NCBI RefSeq assembly: GCF_964194155.1
Contig: NC_135888.1
Location: forward strand, 118,606,001-118,670,000
Reading direction: 5' to 3'
DNA: 64,000 nt
From: Cetorhinus maximus
Taxonomy: Eukaryota
The translations under genes were made by a program, and so were the position numbers. The notes beneath the pieces are model-generated. The model saw only the letters and a program-made list of their open reading frames with translations. It was not told the DNA's origin and ran no database searches. Shown piece by piece: positions 49,010 to 62,263 of the stretch. Numbering within the stretch: the stretch's first letter is position 1; the number at the start of each line of letters is the position of its first letter.

Positions 49010-51030
49010 GTAAGGTAAGAGACTGCAGAAATCCTTGGGGGATAACCCTTGAGCAGCTCTGGGTATAGAAGACCCAGTTGTGGACTGCAGCACCTCAGCA
49101 TTGATGGCAGCAGTGTTGGTTGGCTGCCTAACAGGCAACAGCGAGGGCACTGGTGGAGTAGCAGTGGTGGAAGGATGAGTGCTGTTATCCTCAGCGATGA
49201 CAGCAAGCTCATACTCTGTTGAGCTACTGCCACTCTGCTGGCATAGTAGTGCCTTAGCTGCACTTGTGCTATCCTTCCTCCCTGTCTTGACTGCAGGCCA
49301 CTTGTGCCCAGGGTTTCACTATGTGCAGATCCAGCCTGCATGCTATTCTCTAAGTTATGTGCAGTGTCAGTATTGAGTTGGCAACAGTGATTGTGAAATC
49401 AAGTCATGTTGCATCTTCACCGTTTCTCCCTTCTTGCTGTTTCTCTACCAGCTGGTCGAATTGCACTTCTTGCATATCTGAAAGGAGAAAAGCACAGAGG
49501 TGAGATTAGGGTGAGGAATTGGGGTGGGGAAAGAGGTGCATGCTCATACCATCTGAAGCTTGGAAATCAAAAAGATTATGGGATGAGGCGGAGGTGGAAT
49601 GTGAGAAAGATAAGGCATGAGGATACCATCCTCCTCAATGGTTTCAGCCCCACCACTGGCCCTAGTCTCAGCAATGGGCATCTCAATAATGGCCAGCAGC
49701 GTCTCCTTCGTGGGAATTAAGACAAAAAAGCACGCTGTCCCCTCTGGTTAGGCCTGCTGCCTCTCATTGCTCTGCAACTGAGAGGGAAACACGTCAATGA
49801 GTGTCGTGCAATGTATCTGGGTGATGTGGCTGGCATGGTTTAACAGTGGCAGTGTGTGCAGACTGTAAGCTGTGAGTGTGAGGTTTTCGGCAGTGTGAAG
49901 GTGTGATGAAGCATATGATTGTCAGGTATGAGTCCTGATTGATAGAGTTTGCTGTTAGGTGAGAGATGGGAAGCTGGATTTTATGCTCCCCTGCCGGCGG
50001 ATTTGATGGCGGGGGGGGGTGCACGTAAAATCCAGTGGGTGGCATTCCCGCTGCCTACACGCCTACCCCCAACCTGTCTGAAACTTCACTCGGGCAGGGG
50101 AGGTGCTGGGCGGCCTGCCTATCCTTGGGCCTATTGAGACCCATCAATGGCCAAATAATGGTATTTTACCACCTGGGGGGGTGGGGGTTGGGTGGGAAGG
50201 GTGGGTAGGGTGAGGTGGAGAGGGTTGGGCATGTCATGCAGAAAGCCTGGCAGATTTAGCTGCATGGGCTGCTGTCAGGTGATGGGGCCATCCTACTTTG
50301 GGCCCATCGGAGGCACGCCCCCAACAGGTTTTACCCCACTTAACTCTCCCTCTGGCCTCTTGAGCCCGGTTCCCCCACACCCCATCCCCCCCACTAACAT
50401 CACACGCCGAGACGCTGACCCTGGATTTAGCAGTCAGTACAGGCTCCTCAGCATTGGGGACTGCTTTTAGTCTCAGCAATGACTAATGTTCGTGGTGGTG
50501 CTGGGAGGACCACAGAGTTGCTGGCCAATCTGATTGGTCGGCAGCTCTCCAAGGCGGAACTTCCTCCAAAAAGAGAGGCAGAAATCTTGCCTTAAAGCAA
50601 TTAACACTTTTCCCAGCCCTAAAAGGCTGGGGGGAAGCCATCAGGATCGTGGGCGGGCTCCTTCTGAACCTTTTAGCCAGGGGTCGGAAACCACGGCGCC
50701 TTGTAAAATTCAGCCCAGGGTGTGGTGAATTCAACAGCATCTGAGGCTATTGGTGCATTTGGCAGGATATACCATTCAAAGAGGCATTCAACGATCTTTA
50801 CCACTTGTGTGAGGTCCTTGAACTTCTTGTGGCACTGCATCCAGGCCCTCAGGCCTTGGCTCCAGGCATTGACCTCCATGGCTATCTCTTCCCACTGCTT
50901 TCTGACTGTGTGTCTGGAATGTCTCTTGTCCTTCTGCAGATAGAGGACATTTCTCCTCCTGTCCACATCCTCCACCAAGGCCTCCAGTGCAGCCCCTTGT
51001 AAACCTTGGAGCCCACACTCTCTGAGTGTC
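49010..51030 (-). pseudogene. Harbinger Myb/SANT-like gene, decayed (element B)
   Basis: ORF 50673-51098: LEALVEDVDRRRNVLY..QWEEIAMEV..WMQCHKKFKDL (Myb_DNA-bind_5-like). Downstream exon remnants at 49620-49780 and 49010-49480. Confidence 0.75.
49971..50716. mobile_element. Harbinger-type MITE nested in the Myb intron
   Basis: TIRs AAGCTGGATTTTAT and GTAAAATTCAGCCC. Confidence 0.6.
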
Positions 51031-52059
51031 ATACCATTCTGCAGTGTTTTCCAGGGCAGGGTCATTTCCTGAAGATTGCCAGCATAAGCTGCAGCCACAA
51101 TGTACCTCCTCTTTAGGAGTTACAGGGTGGTTTGAGCAGTGCAGGCTAGCTTTACGTTATAGTGCTTCAAAAACTTTTTCCTGGTGTGATCCCATTTTAA
51201 TGCCTCAGACTTCGTGTGACCCTGGGGTGGGGAGGGGTGGGGTTAGCTTCAGCTGCTGTGCGTGGAGGGGGCAGTGGTGGGTGGGAGGAGTTCAGCGCGG
51301 TGGGTGTTGTTTAAAAGGCAGGGTCTTTTAACAAGACAAACACCTACCTTTTCAAAGGCATTTTTTCCAGCTGTGATCGGGTCTCAGATATCTGTCCTTT
51401 AGGTTATGCCAATAAAAAAAAAGCTGATGATTTAAAAGGGCCTCGCAGTTGTTAATATTCAGTCTGAGCTACACGGCGGCCACTGCTGCCTTGGAGCTCG
51501 CGACGTCCAGTGTTTGGGAAACCCTGCTTTGAGTGGTGCTAGCCACTCACAATCTCGGATCTTTGTTGATGTGTCCAGTTAATCAACAGCATAGTTCGTG
51601 CTGGCTGGATGGTGAAATCATTGAAAGGAGCCAGCAGCTTGAAGTTGACATGCTGCCTGAATCGCAAATAATGGAAGCAGGTTCATCACACATCGCAGTC
51701 TCTGTGCCTGTTTTTGGGTGCCGTTGAGTTTAGCCCTCATTTTCTAAATGGCTGACAGAGGGAAATCAACCCGAACCTTGTCCATTTAACACTTTTGTAG
51801 CAATGCCTAGAACCTAATGAACTATCCAGGTTGATGATTAAACCTGACTCACACTGCTGAAATATTGTCTGGCAGTTCATTTCCTTTCCCTTCTTTCCCT
51901 CATTACTTGTCTTTTCCTCCTCTTGACTCTCCAAGTAGTGGAGCAAGATAAGCAAAAAAATTATAACCGCAAACTCCTTTGCAATTCCTTTTAAAAATAA
52001 TGTGGGTAAACTTGGCTGTGTGTGGCTGTATAAACTGAGCAATAACGAATTGGCATTGA

Positions 52060-52071
52060 ATTGACGTCAAT
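52060..52071. promoter_or_regulatory. Palindromic CRE/ATF site (ATTGACGTCAAT) in apparently unique intronic DNA
   Basis: Perfect 12-bp palindrome containing TGACGTCA. Function untested. Confidence 0.3.
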
Positions 52072-52329
52072 GGAAATAAAAAATCAGAAGGTGTTTAAAA
52101 CGTGATGTGGATTTGCTATCACCCATTTTTACAGGGTTGCTCCAAGTCACAACTCCCCCCAATGATTTGTGAATGAGGCCAAATATCTTCAATGAACTAA
52201 ATCTTTGGCAAATGTCACTTTGTGATCTTCCACTTCGAATTGCTTGGAGGTTCCTGGGTGATGCATTTGTAATTTCCCTCCCGGTGATTAACTCCTGGCC
52301 TCCTGCCGCATGTTTTAAAAATTGTTTCA

Positions 52330-52600
52330 CAGAGTGTGATTGTCACTGGCCAGGACAGCATTTATTGCCTATCCCTGATTGCCCTTGAGAAGGTGTTGGT
52401 GAGCTACCTTCTTGAACTACTGCGGTCCGTGCAGGAAGGGAGTTCCAGGATTTTGATCCAGTGACAGTGAAGGAATGGTGACATAGTTCCAAGTCAGGAT
52501 GGTGTGTGGCTTGGTGGGGAACTTGCAGGTGGTTGTATTCCCATGCACCTGCTGTCCTTGCCCTTCGTGATGGTAGAGGTTGAGAGTTTGGGAGGTGCTA
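52330..52600 (-). mobile_element. LINE 3' fragment (40200 family)
   Basis: GCATTTATTGCCTATCCCTGATTGCCCTTGAGAAGG..GGAGTTCCAGGATTTTGATCCAG. Confidence 0.8.
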
Positions 52601-53959
52601 TAATATAATGCCTGAGTCCAGGAACCCACCATGGTAGAGACAGTCCTGCATCCTTCTTCATGAAATTGACGTGTTAGTCCATCACAGATGCAAGGTTTCT
52701 TACAGCAACTGCAAAAATTCTCTCACATGTCAAGGGATAAATTGATTTGGCTATTTTTGATGTGCAGCTGATTGTGTATGCTAGCCCTCAGTCAGCTTCC
52801 ATTTAATCACAGTTCCCATTCTGTTTTTGAGGTTATACACATCATAAAATGTGAAGGTCTTGTTGCGCCTGGTTATGAAAGGTTAACAATTTTTCATTAC
52901 AAACTGCAAGGCACAGATTGTGTTTTGTCAGGAACTGAGGTCTGACACTAATATAACCCTTTCTCTCCAGACACACCACATGTACTAACTACAACTTTTT
53001 ACAACTCACTCAGTCACTCTCAGTTCTGTTTCTATGATGTCTGAATTAAAAATGGAACTAAGAAGGAAAAGCCAAATCTCCAAATTTATCTATCTTCTTG
53101 CTCCAAACAGAGAAAAGAACACATGAGTTTGCTAAACATGCTCCAAGATCAAACAAAACCACATTAGGAGGCAATTATCTAGAGCATAAACATTGGCATT
53201 GACCAGTAAGGCCGAATGGTCTGTTTCTGTGCTGCAGATTCTATGTACTCTGAGTAATTCTATGTAATTGGGTTCCATTGCTGTAGGAAAAGGAAATAAA
53301 TTAAATATAATGAATACCAAGCCTGCAAACTGGGGACAAACCTTCCACTGCTTTTCCTAAACAGTGTGCTTGGCAAATAAAACACATTTTCATGGAGTCT
53401 GGAAGACTCCCCACATCCTGCCCCATTTCCAATTGATCCAAGTGTTGCGGTAGAGGAAAGGGGGTGGGGTATGATTCACACAGGAGACAAACCTGAACTC
53501 AGCATAGCCATTTGAACTGCAGCTATTACTAAGTTTAAAAAAAACCCTTCTCTGGACTGCTTTGATTGACAGGATACCTGCTGCAGGTTAGAAAAAAAAA
53601 AATAGCATCTGTTTGTGCAGTTTCAATGGTGTTCTTGGTTGACATTTCCCCAAGAGTTATTATTATGTCATTATAATGCTTGGCTGAGTTTCAAAAGCTA
53701 TAATTATCTCAGCAGGGTGGCTGAGTTTGCCATTTCATTGACATTTTAAAGAGTGTAGAAAAGGATTAGCTGTCTTTGATGTGGGATCTGATTAGAAGTT
53801 TGTTTGTTTTTATAAGAAATTAATCAATTGAGGAGACTTAGAAGCCTTGAATGGGCTTCAAACTCCCATGAATGGTAGTTCTTTTCACTAAAAAGTGTGT
53901 ATTAGATTGTTAACAGTTTAATTTTTTCCATCTCCACTTGGCTCCTAAGGTCTGCCTAT

Positions 53960-54349
53960 GGCTGATACTGTGTGAGTAGCTATAGAGGTGGCATGAAGGA
54001 TTTGAGGGACCATGGAGGGTGTGTGGGGGCATAAGTTAGCATGGACGGTATGAGTGGCCATGGGGGTGTGTGGGTTGGGGGGTTGGTGAGAGCTGGAAGG
54101 CTTAACAGCTTCTGAAATAACTGGGATGAATTCCCAGAGAACTGAGGTTGGCTTTCTAAACAGGCTGCCTTGGCACTTGCCCGACCTGTGGCCATCTATG
54201 CTTTGCTCCTGAGGTCACCAGGTGCAGCTTCATCCCACACCCATCACTTGCCCCCCCGCACCCCCCGGAACGAAAGTTGCGTGATCCGGGTGCCTTTTAC
54301 CAAAATTTGCTGCCTCAAGATACCCGCCTTGGTAGCGAAAATCCAGTCC
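53960..54349. mobile_element. Harbinger-type MITE end fragment
   Basis: Ends in GCGAAAATCCAGTCC (reverse complement GGACTGGATTTTC). CpG-rich subterminal sequence. Confidence 0.4.
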
Positions 54350-55564
54350 AGGGTTGGCTTAATGAGATCTGACTGAATTGGAATAATGGTACCTTTTAGG
54401 TAAACACTGTTGGAAACCAATAGGCTTGACAGAAGGAAACTCTGAGAGTCGAAAAACATGAGCATTCTTTTGTGTTTATTCATGTAAAAGCGGAGAAACC
54501 AGGGAGAAACTTACACCTAGTTCAGAATCAGATGGGTGCTTTTTATTTGCACTTTCATTTTAAGCTCCAGCCTTTAGCCATCCATCAGAACAGTAAATAA
54601 TGGGTGACAGGGTAAAAATAAAACAGAGCAGCAGCAGATTTCTACCAATGGATTATTCTTACTCCAGGGATAAATCACTGGAAAAAAATGTATTCGCTGT
54701 CAGGAGAAAATAGGATGCATGATGAGGAGAGTGACAGAAAATAAAGGTGGGATTCTTTACCCACTATTTTCAAAATTGCTCCTTTGTCAAAGATCTACAT
54801 TAGGTGTAGAGGTCTTTTTGGCCAGAATTTACTGGCCATGTTGACATCGGACATCATGACGGGCGGGGAGGGACAACAATATGGCAGGTAGGCCAAAAAT
54901 TGGATTCATGCCGCTATGAAACCAGTTTGCGATCGTCCACTCAACCCGTCAATGGCGGGCCGGGTTTCCTGCCGTCGCATGTCGGGCACCTAATTTCAAT
55001 ACTTTAGTATTTCATTATCAGCCCTGCTGGCCAGAATCATCCCCCCATGTCACATTTACCACCCATGTTGGCATGGCATGCTTCAGAACAGCGTGCTTCA
55101 CGACTGCCTTTAAAAGGCGTGCATGTAGCGACCTGAACTTTGAGGGGAACTCAGGGGTGAGTGCACACAAGCTTGCGCAGCGCTCATGAGCATTGCCCAT
55201 AGGACATCAAGGAAGAGATGCCACACATTCCCGGGAGGCACAGGCAAGACAGTTTTTCCTGGCTGGCTTTTAGTGCGGTGCCGGGGCAAGGGCTCCAATG
55301 CGGAACAGGCTGGGGGTGGTGGTGGTTGGGGTGGGGGGAGGGGGGGAATGGTGCAAGGCAGCACTGACTGAAGGAAGTACTCAATACTCAAACACATGCC
55401 GGGCGGGAGGAGTGTGGGGGTGAGGGAAGCTGCCACGCACTTGGAAAAGCTTGTCAAAAGTGATCATTCTTCCACAGCTGAGACTGTTCAGCTGCAGCTC
55501 CATTGACAGGCTTGGAGTTGGGCCTCTGAAGCTTTTCTGCCCACTGAAGCAATGCAAAAGCATG

Positions 55565-58204
55565 AATGTGCAGTAAGGAGGGATGGTATCTTAGAAGGTT
55601 CCTCATATGGGTAGAACTTAAAAATAAAAAGGGAGCAATCACTTTGCTGGGAGTGTACTATAGGCCTCCAAACAGTCAGGTGGAGATAGAGGAGCAGATA
55701 CATAGGCAAACCTCAGGGAAGTGTACAAATAATAGGGTAATAATAGTAGGGGATTTCAACTTCCCCAATATTAACTGGGATAGTCTTAGTGTGAAAGACT
55801 TAGAGGGGGTGGAATTCTTAAAGTGCATCCAGGGGAGCTTTTTGAGCCAGCATGTAGAAAGCCCTTCAAGAGAAGGGGCGGTACTGGACCTAATCTTAGG
55901 AAATGAAGCCAGGCAAGTGGTAGAAGTGTCAATGGGGGAGCATTTTGGGAATAGTGACCATAACTCTGTAAGATTTAAGACAGTTATGGAAAAGGACAAA
56001 GATGGAGCGGAAATAAAGGTCCTGAATTGGGGGAAGGCCGATTTCAATATGATAAGACAGAATCTGGCCAAAATCGACTGGGAGCAGCCACTTGTAGGAA
56101 AGGCTACATCAGACCAGTGGGAGTCATTCAAAAAAGAAATAGTGAGAATTCAGGTCCCGCATGTTCCCGTAAAGGTAAAGGGTAGGACCAAAAAATCCTG
56201 GGAGCCCTGGATGTCAAGGGATACAGAGGATTGGATAAGGAAAAAAAGGAGGCTTATGGTAGATACATAGGCTGAAAACAGTAGAAGCCCTTGATGAGTA
56301 TAGAAAGTGTAGGGGGGGTACTTAAAAAAGTAATTAGAAGGGCGAAGAGGGGGCATGAAAAACACTGGCGGGCAAGATAAAGGAAAATACCAAGGCATTT
56401 ATAAATATATTAAGGGCAAGGGGATAACCAGGGAAAGAGTTGGTCCCATTAGGGACCAAAGTGGCAATCTGTGTGTGGAACTGGAGGATGTAGATGAGAT
56501 TTTAAACGATTATTTTTCATCTGTGTTCACTATGGAGAAGGACGATGCAGGTGTAGAAATCTGGGAGGGGGACTGTGATATACTTCAACAAATTAGCATT
56601 GAAAGGGCGGAGATATTAGTGGTTTTAGCCGGCTTAAAAGTGGATAAATCCCCAGGCCCAGATGAGATATATCCAAGGCTACAATGTAAGCAAGGGAGGA
56701 GATTGCAGGGGCTCCGACGCTAATTTTCAAATCCTCTGGCCACAGGAGAGGTGCCAGAGGACTGGAGGACAGCGAATGTGGTACCGTTATTCAAGAAGGG
56801 AAGTAGGGACAAACCAGATAATGACAGACCAGTGAGTCTAACATCAGTGGTAGGGAAACTATTGGAAAAAGTTCTGAGGGACAGGATTAATCTCCACTTG
56901 GAGAGGCAGGGATTAATCAGGGATGGTCAGCATGGCTTTGTCCAGGGGAGATCATGCCTAACAAGTTTGACTGAATTTTTCGAGGAGGTGATTAGTTGTA
57001 TAGATGAGGGTGCTGCAGTTGATGTAGTTTACGCGGACTTCAGTAAAGCTTTTGACAAGGTCCCACATGGGAGACTTGTCAAAAAGGTAACAGCCCATGG
57101 GATCCTGGGCAATTTGGCAAATTGGATCCAAAATTGGTTTAACGGCAGGAGGCAGAGGATGATGGTCGAAGGTTGTTTTTGCAATTGAAAGCCTGTGACG
57201 AGTGGTGTACCGCAGGGATCGGTGCTGGGACCCTTACTGTTTGTAGTGTACATTAATGATTTACACGTGAATATAGGAGGTATGATCAGTAAGTTCACAG
57301 ATTGCACGAAAATTGGTGGTGTTGTAAATAGTGAGGAGGAAAGCCTTAGATTACAGGATGATATAGATGGGCTGGTAAGATGGGCAGAGCAGTGACAAAT
57401 GGAATTTAATCCTGAGAAGTGTGAGGTGATGCATTTTGGGATTACTAACATGGCAAGGGAATACACAATGAATGGTAGGACCCTAGGAAATACAAAGGAT
57501 CAGAGGGACCTTGGTGTACATGCCCATAGATCCCTGAAGGCAGCAGCACAGGTAGATAACGTGGTTAAGAAGGCATATGGGATACTTGCCTTTATCAGCT
57601 GAGGCATAGAAATAAGAGCGGGGAGGAGCAGGGAGCTCCTCACTAGTTAGGCCACAGCTGCAGTACCATGTGCAGTTCTGTTCACCACACTATAGGAAGG
57701 ATGTGATTGCACTGGAGAGGGTGCAGAGGAGATTCACCAGGATGTTGCCTGGGCTGGAGCTTTTTAGCTTGGTGAAGAGAGACTGGATAGGCTAAGGTTG
57801 TTTTCCTTAGAGCAGAGAAGGCTGAGGGGGATCTAATAGAGGTATACAAATTATGAGGGGCATAGATAGGGTAGATAGGAAGAAACTTTTCCCATTAGCA
57901 GAGGTGTCATTAACTAGGGGGCATAGATTTAAGGTAAAGGGCAGGAGGTTTATAGAGGATTTGAGGGAAAATGTTTTCACCCAGAGGGTGGTTGGAATCT
58001 GGAACACACGGCCTGAGGGGGTGGTAGAGGCAGCAACCCTCACAACATTTAAGAAGTATTTAGATGAGCACTTGAAATGCCATAGCATACAGGGCTACGG
58101 TCCACGAAAATGGGATTATAATGGTTAGGTGCTTGATGGCCGGCACGGACACGCTGGGTTGAAGGGCCTGTTTCTGGGCTGTATAACTCTAAGACTTCAT
58201 GACT
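55565..58204 (+). mobile_element. CR1 LINE, 5'-truncated ORF2 (EN plus RT)
   Basis: GVYYRPPNS, VGDFNFPNINW, GNSDHNSV, KSPGPDEIYP, DFSKAFDKVPH, GVPQGSVLGP, FTQRVVGIWN and 3' UTR. Several stops and frameshifts. Confidence 0.95.
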
Positions 58205-58689
58205 AAATGCTCCAGAACTTTTCACCCCTCGGGTACAGACTGCAAATTAATGTGCATTTCAGTGAACAGCAGAGCAATTGGCCAACTGGGCAAGTTGCAC
58301 AAACCCCTTGCGAAAGATGGCCATGGCACAGTTACTGGTGGAGCCCCTTGCAATGTCTTTATTAAAGTTTGGACCAGTATCCATTATGGTTCAAGCTAAC
58401 AGTGCAGCCTTACAGCACAGGCTAGGAGAATGCCTGCGCCTGAGCTGTAGAGCACAGCACGCAGTCCAGTGGCTGAAGCTGTCGCCAATCAGTCAAGTGG
58501 AGTGGGGCAGAGGTGCTTGGGGTTTCTGACAGCCAATGAGCACACTACACACTGCCCACCCAAGTGGTGGCCAGCACTCTCCTGCATGCGTGAAGGGGTC
58601 TTCAGGCTTAATCAAGAGAGGTTCTTAAGCCACCTATGCTAACCCAAACGTCTCTCTCTTTGATCCTGCCAGAGGGGGACATCAGGATC

Positions 58690-59870
58690 ATGGAGCCTGT
58701 GATTTAGCAGTACATCTCATGGCTTACAGGGAGCAAAGAAGAAGAAGAAGCACAGAGCAGCGGAGGCGCCTGACTTGGCAAAGGGAAGAGCACCTCCCTC
58801 AAGATGAAGGGGTGGCAGGGCCTGCTGAGCATGCAGCTGAAGATCCACAGCGAGCTATCACTCCTAGCACCTCGCTACACCCAGACTCCATAGGCGGCGT
58901 TTGTCATTCCTGCAGATGACTGAGAACCAGTGTCGCCGAAGACTGCGCGTGTCTAGGGAAGTGGTTGTTTACATATGTCACCTGCTGCAGGATTTGGCGC
59001 CACGGAAACATGTATGGCACCAATTGCCAGTGGCCATGACTGCAGCGCTCAAGTTTTATGCCAGTGGTTCCTTACAGGGCTCCACAGGTGACCTGTGTGG
59101 GATCTCGCAAGCCTGCACGCACAAGTGCATCCAGGAGGTTACGGATGCCACCCTCGTGAAGGCACAGAACCTTATGCATTTCACCCGGGATCAGGAAAGC
59201 CAGGAAGCAAGAGCGCTGGAATTTCCGCAGATCACAGGTTTTCCACAGGTGCAGGGTGCCATCGACTGCACTAACGTGGTGTTTAGATCTCCACGGCAAC
59301 AAGCAGTCAACTACATCGATTGCAAGGGCTTCCACTCACCAGAAATGCATCATACAGGTCTGCACACGATGCCCAGGGAGCGTCCATGACTCCTAAATCC
59401 TTAGTTGTCATCTTCCAAGGCCCACAGAGGCTGCAGGTTTGGCTCCTCAGGGACAAGGGCTACCCACAGAGGATGTAGCTGATGATGCCCATGCAGCGGC
59501 CTCAGACTGCAGCAGAGAGAGGTATAATGAGGCTCATGCTGTGACCCGGACTTTGGTGGAGCGAACGATAGGCATTTTGAAAATGAGGTTCCGGTGCCTC
59601 TTCTAGTCCGGTGGAGTACTAGCATACAGTGGTCCAGAGGGTATCACACACCATTGTCACTGCAACGGGGGGAGGACCTGGCTGAGGAGGAAATGGAGGA
59701 GCTGCATGTCTCCTCCAATGAGGAGAATGTTGAAGGGGATGATGATGCTGAGCTCCTCAAAGGTGAGGATGGAGGCCATGAGGCTATTGCACTGGGCAGA
59801 TGAGGCAGGCGGGCTCGGGAGGCCCTCATAGCCGCAGGATTCGTGGAGGATGATGATGAGATGCAGTGAG
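58690..59870 (+). pseudogene. Harbinger DDE transposase (HARBI1-like), element C
   Basis: ALKFYASGSLQGSTGDLCGISQ, GFPQVQGAIDCTNV, KGFHS, GDKGYP, YNEAHA, KMRFRCL. Frameshifted. Confidence 0.88.
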
Positions 59871-60590
59871 GACAGTCCTGACGTCCTCACCTTGCATCTG
59901 CGAATGTTTGACTCTTGTATGGCTGATGACAGTGCACATACCCTCAGTGCTCAGGCTAATGTCGTGGAGATGCAGCGGAGACCCTAATAGTTGCTAGATT
60001 CCAGGAGGGTGATGACAGCAGGCAGTGAGGACATTCCATAGATCTTCACATTGCCTCTGTGAATGTCTGACTCTTGTCTGGTTGAGGACAGCTCGCGTGC
60101 TCTGTGCTCAGGTCATATCATGGAGACGCAGCCATGAAACTTTAAATACACCTGATCCTTTGTCAGCTTTCAGTACCTGACCCATTCAGGAGCACAGTCT
60201 CTCTGGTCACAGATGCTGAAGAGATGGGGGGCCAGCCCCACCTCAAAGGTGCTGAGAACACACCAAGAGATTGATGGAACCCTTATGTCGCCTGCCCACA
60301 TCATTCTGGCAGCAATGACAAGTACCATCGAGGTGCAGGCATCACTTATGTGTCCAGTGAGTGTGAACCGGGACCAGCACTTTGGTTTTAATGTTATACA
60401 CTGCATAGGAAAGAGGCCCTGGACTGAGACACCTGCCTTTATCTTGTGCAGGAACCAAGGTTTCACATCTGAGTGACATGAACAATGTTCATCCAAACAA
60501 GGAGCCATAAGCAGCGAGACATTCTTGAGAGTTTATTTACAATAGCAAACATTATGTACAAGTGATTAACCCCCATCCCAGGCTGTGGAA

Positions 60591-62263
60591 CTACATGTTC
60601 TTAACCTTCCTAACCCTGTCACTATGTCTTGGTGCTTCCCCGACATCGACAATGGAGGTGGAGGCAGCCTGCTGACTGCTATGCCCTGTCTGTGATGACA
60701 TTGGCGGGCATCCTCTGGAGGGCCCCGGCCTGCTTTCAGGGTCCTGCTGTGGCAGTGGCATCCTCCTCGGCCTGTGAAGCTTGAGCTGCTGGGATCAAAG
60801 AAGAGGGGATTTGGATGGGCCGGGCACTCCTGGAGTCACCTGGGTGGATGGCCCCGGGGTGTGCACATGCTGATCCTCCTCCCTACGGGTGCCCGAAGGC
60901 TCCTGGCTGACTCCTTGAGGAGAAGGGGAAGCTGGAGTTAGATCAAGCTGCCCTGAACCCCTCTCGTGTTGACACTGCTGAAGGCCACATATGGCATCCA
61001 GCATTGGAGTTCAGCCCGCGCAGCAGTGCAGGACCGATGTCCTGGACCAACGTCTCCATGGTGGTTGCCATCCTACCAGTGTTGACTTTGGTGCATTGGC
61101 ATGATGGCGCTATCACCTCAGACTGAAGGCAGATGCTCTCCTGCCTTGTGCCTTGCAATCCGAGGACTGCAGCAGACATCCCTTCCTGATGTTCCAAAGC
61201 TTGCATTTGCAGCTCCAACAACTGAGGTATGACCGAGTCCAGAGGTTCCTCATCCCACTAAGCATATTTCTGGCCTCCAGAAGCCCCTTCTGCCACCTGC
61301 TGTGGATCAGACAGTGTGATGTGCTCACCAGATTGTGGCCCCGAGGCTACTCTAGAACTAAGTCTCACTGAAGTGTTTGACTCTGCACTGGTGGAGGGTG
61401 TGGCTGGGCGCTGTGATGGGTCTTCAATTAAGGTGTTGTCAGATCCTTCTTCCAAGGTGTCTTCAGGGCTTGAGGACCTGGCTTGTGGAGCCCCTCAGCT
61501 GCTTCCCAGAGGTGCCTGCGAAAGCAAGGAGAGAATAAATAGAACATGGCAGGGGATTGCAGAACAGGGGGGCTCACTCACATCATGGTTATCTGATGGA
61601 TGTTGCACTGCTGGGATCCTCACTTGGATGAGCACAGCCGACCTCACCATCAGCGTACCAACAGCCCAGATCGTCGTGGGCCATCTGGATGGCTCTATTT
61701 TTAAAGTCTATGAGGACCTCGATGTTGGGCATTCCTCCACCAGTCTGCGACCTCTACCTTTTGTTGTGCCAGCTTGTCCTGCATGAATATAAATGGAGAG
61801 AGTGGAAGCAGGATACCTGCCAGGCCAGATGAGAATGATGCCTGGCATGTATGGGCGGTGAGTGGTGCCATGAATGGGATGAGGATACGATCCGCAGAGT
61901 AGGTGAAGGCGTGTGTGAGAGAGAGAATGGTGATGTCCCTTGAACAGGCAGTGAGTGAGATCCCTGTGGATGTGTGGTGGGTTTGTGAGTGTGTCAGTTG
62001 AGAGTGATGAGAAGAGTGACTTACCCTGGCAGAACAGAGGAGATCATTCATCCTCTTTCAGCACCGGATGGCTGTCCTCTTTTGGTGTTGGTGCTGACCA
62101 CTGCTGCCACTGCCTCCCATTCTGGATTGGTGGCCTTGCTTGCTGGTCTTCAACCAGAGCCGGGGTAGAGGACTTCACGGCGGGCCTCCACTGCATCCAG
62201 TAGTAGCTCGAGGGAGGCGTTGCTAAATTTGGGGGCAGTGTGTTTCCTCCCTTTGGCAGCCAT
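60591..62263 (-). pseudogene. Three-exon Myb/SANT-like gene of Harbinger element C
   Basis: Exon 1 62025-62263 (MAAKGRKHTAPKFSNASLELLLDAVEARREVLYP..WEAVAAVV..KRMNDLLCSAR|GTAAGT). Exon 2 61624-61778 (CAG|GAC..A|GTGAGG). Exon 3 from 61515 (CGCAG|G) to about 60591. AATAAA at 60532-60537. Internal stops. Confidence 0.78.

Noticed and set aside
51907-51942. Minus-strand LHYLE..KT followed by GTAATG, reminiscent of the AHYLD micro-exon of TENM1/3/4 between EGF7 and EGF8
   Set aside because: There is no AG acceptor at the required phase (preceded by TTGC) and the similarity is only 3-4 residues. It could be chance or a dead relic.
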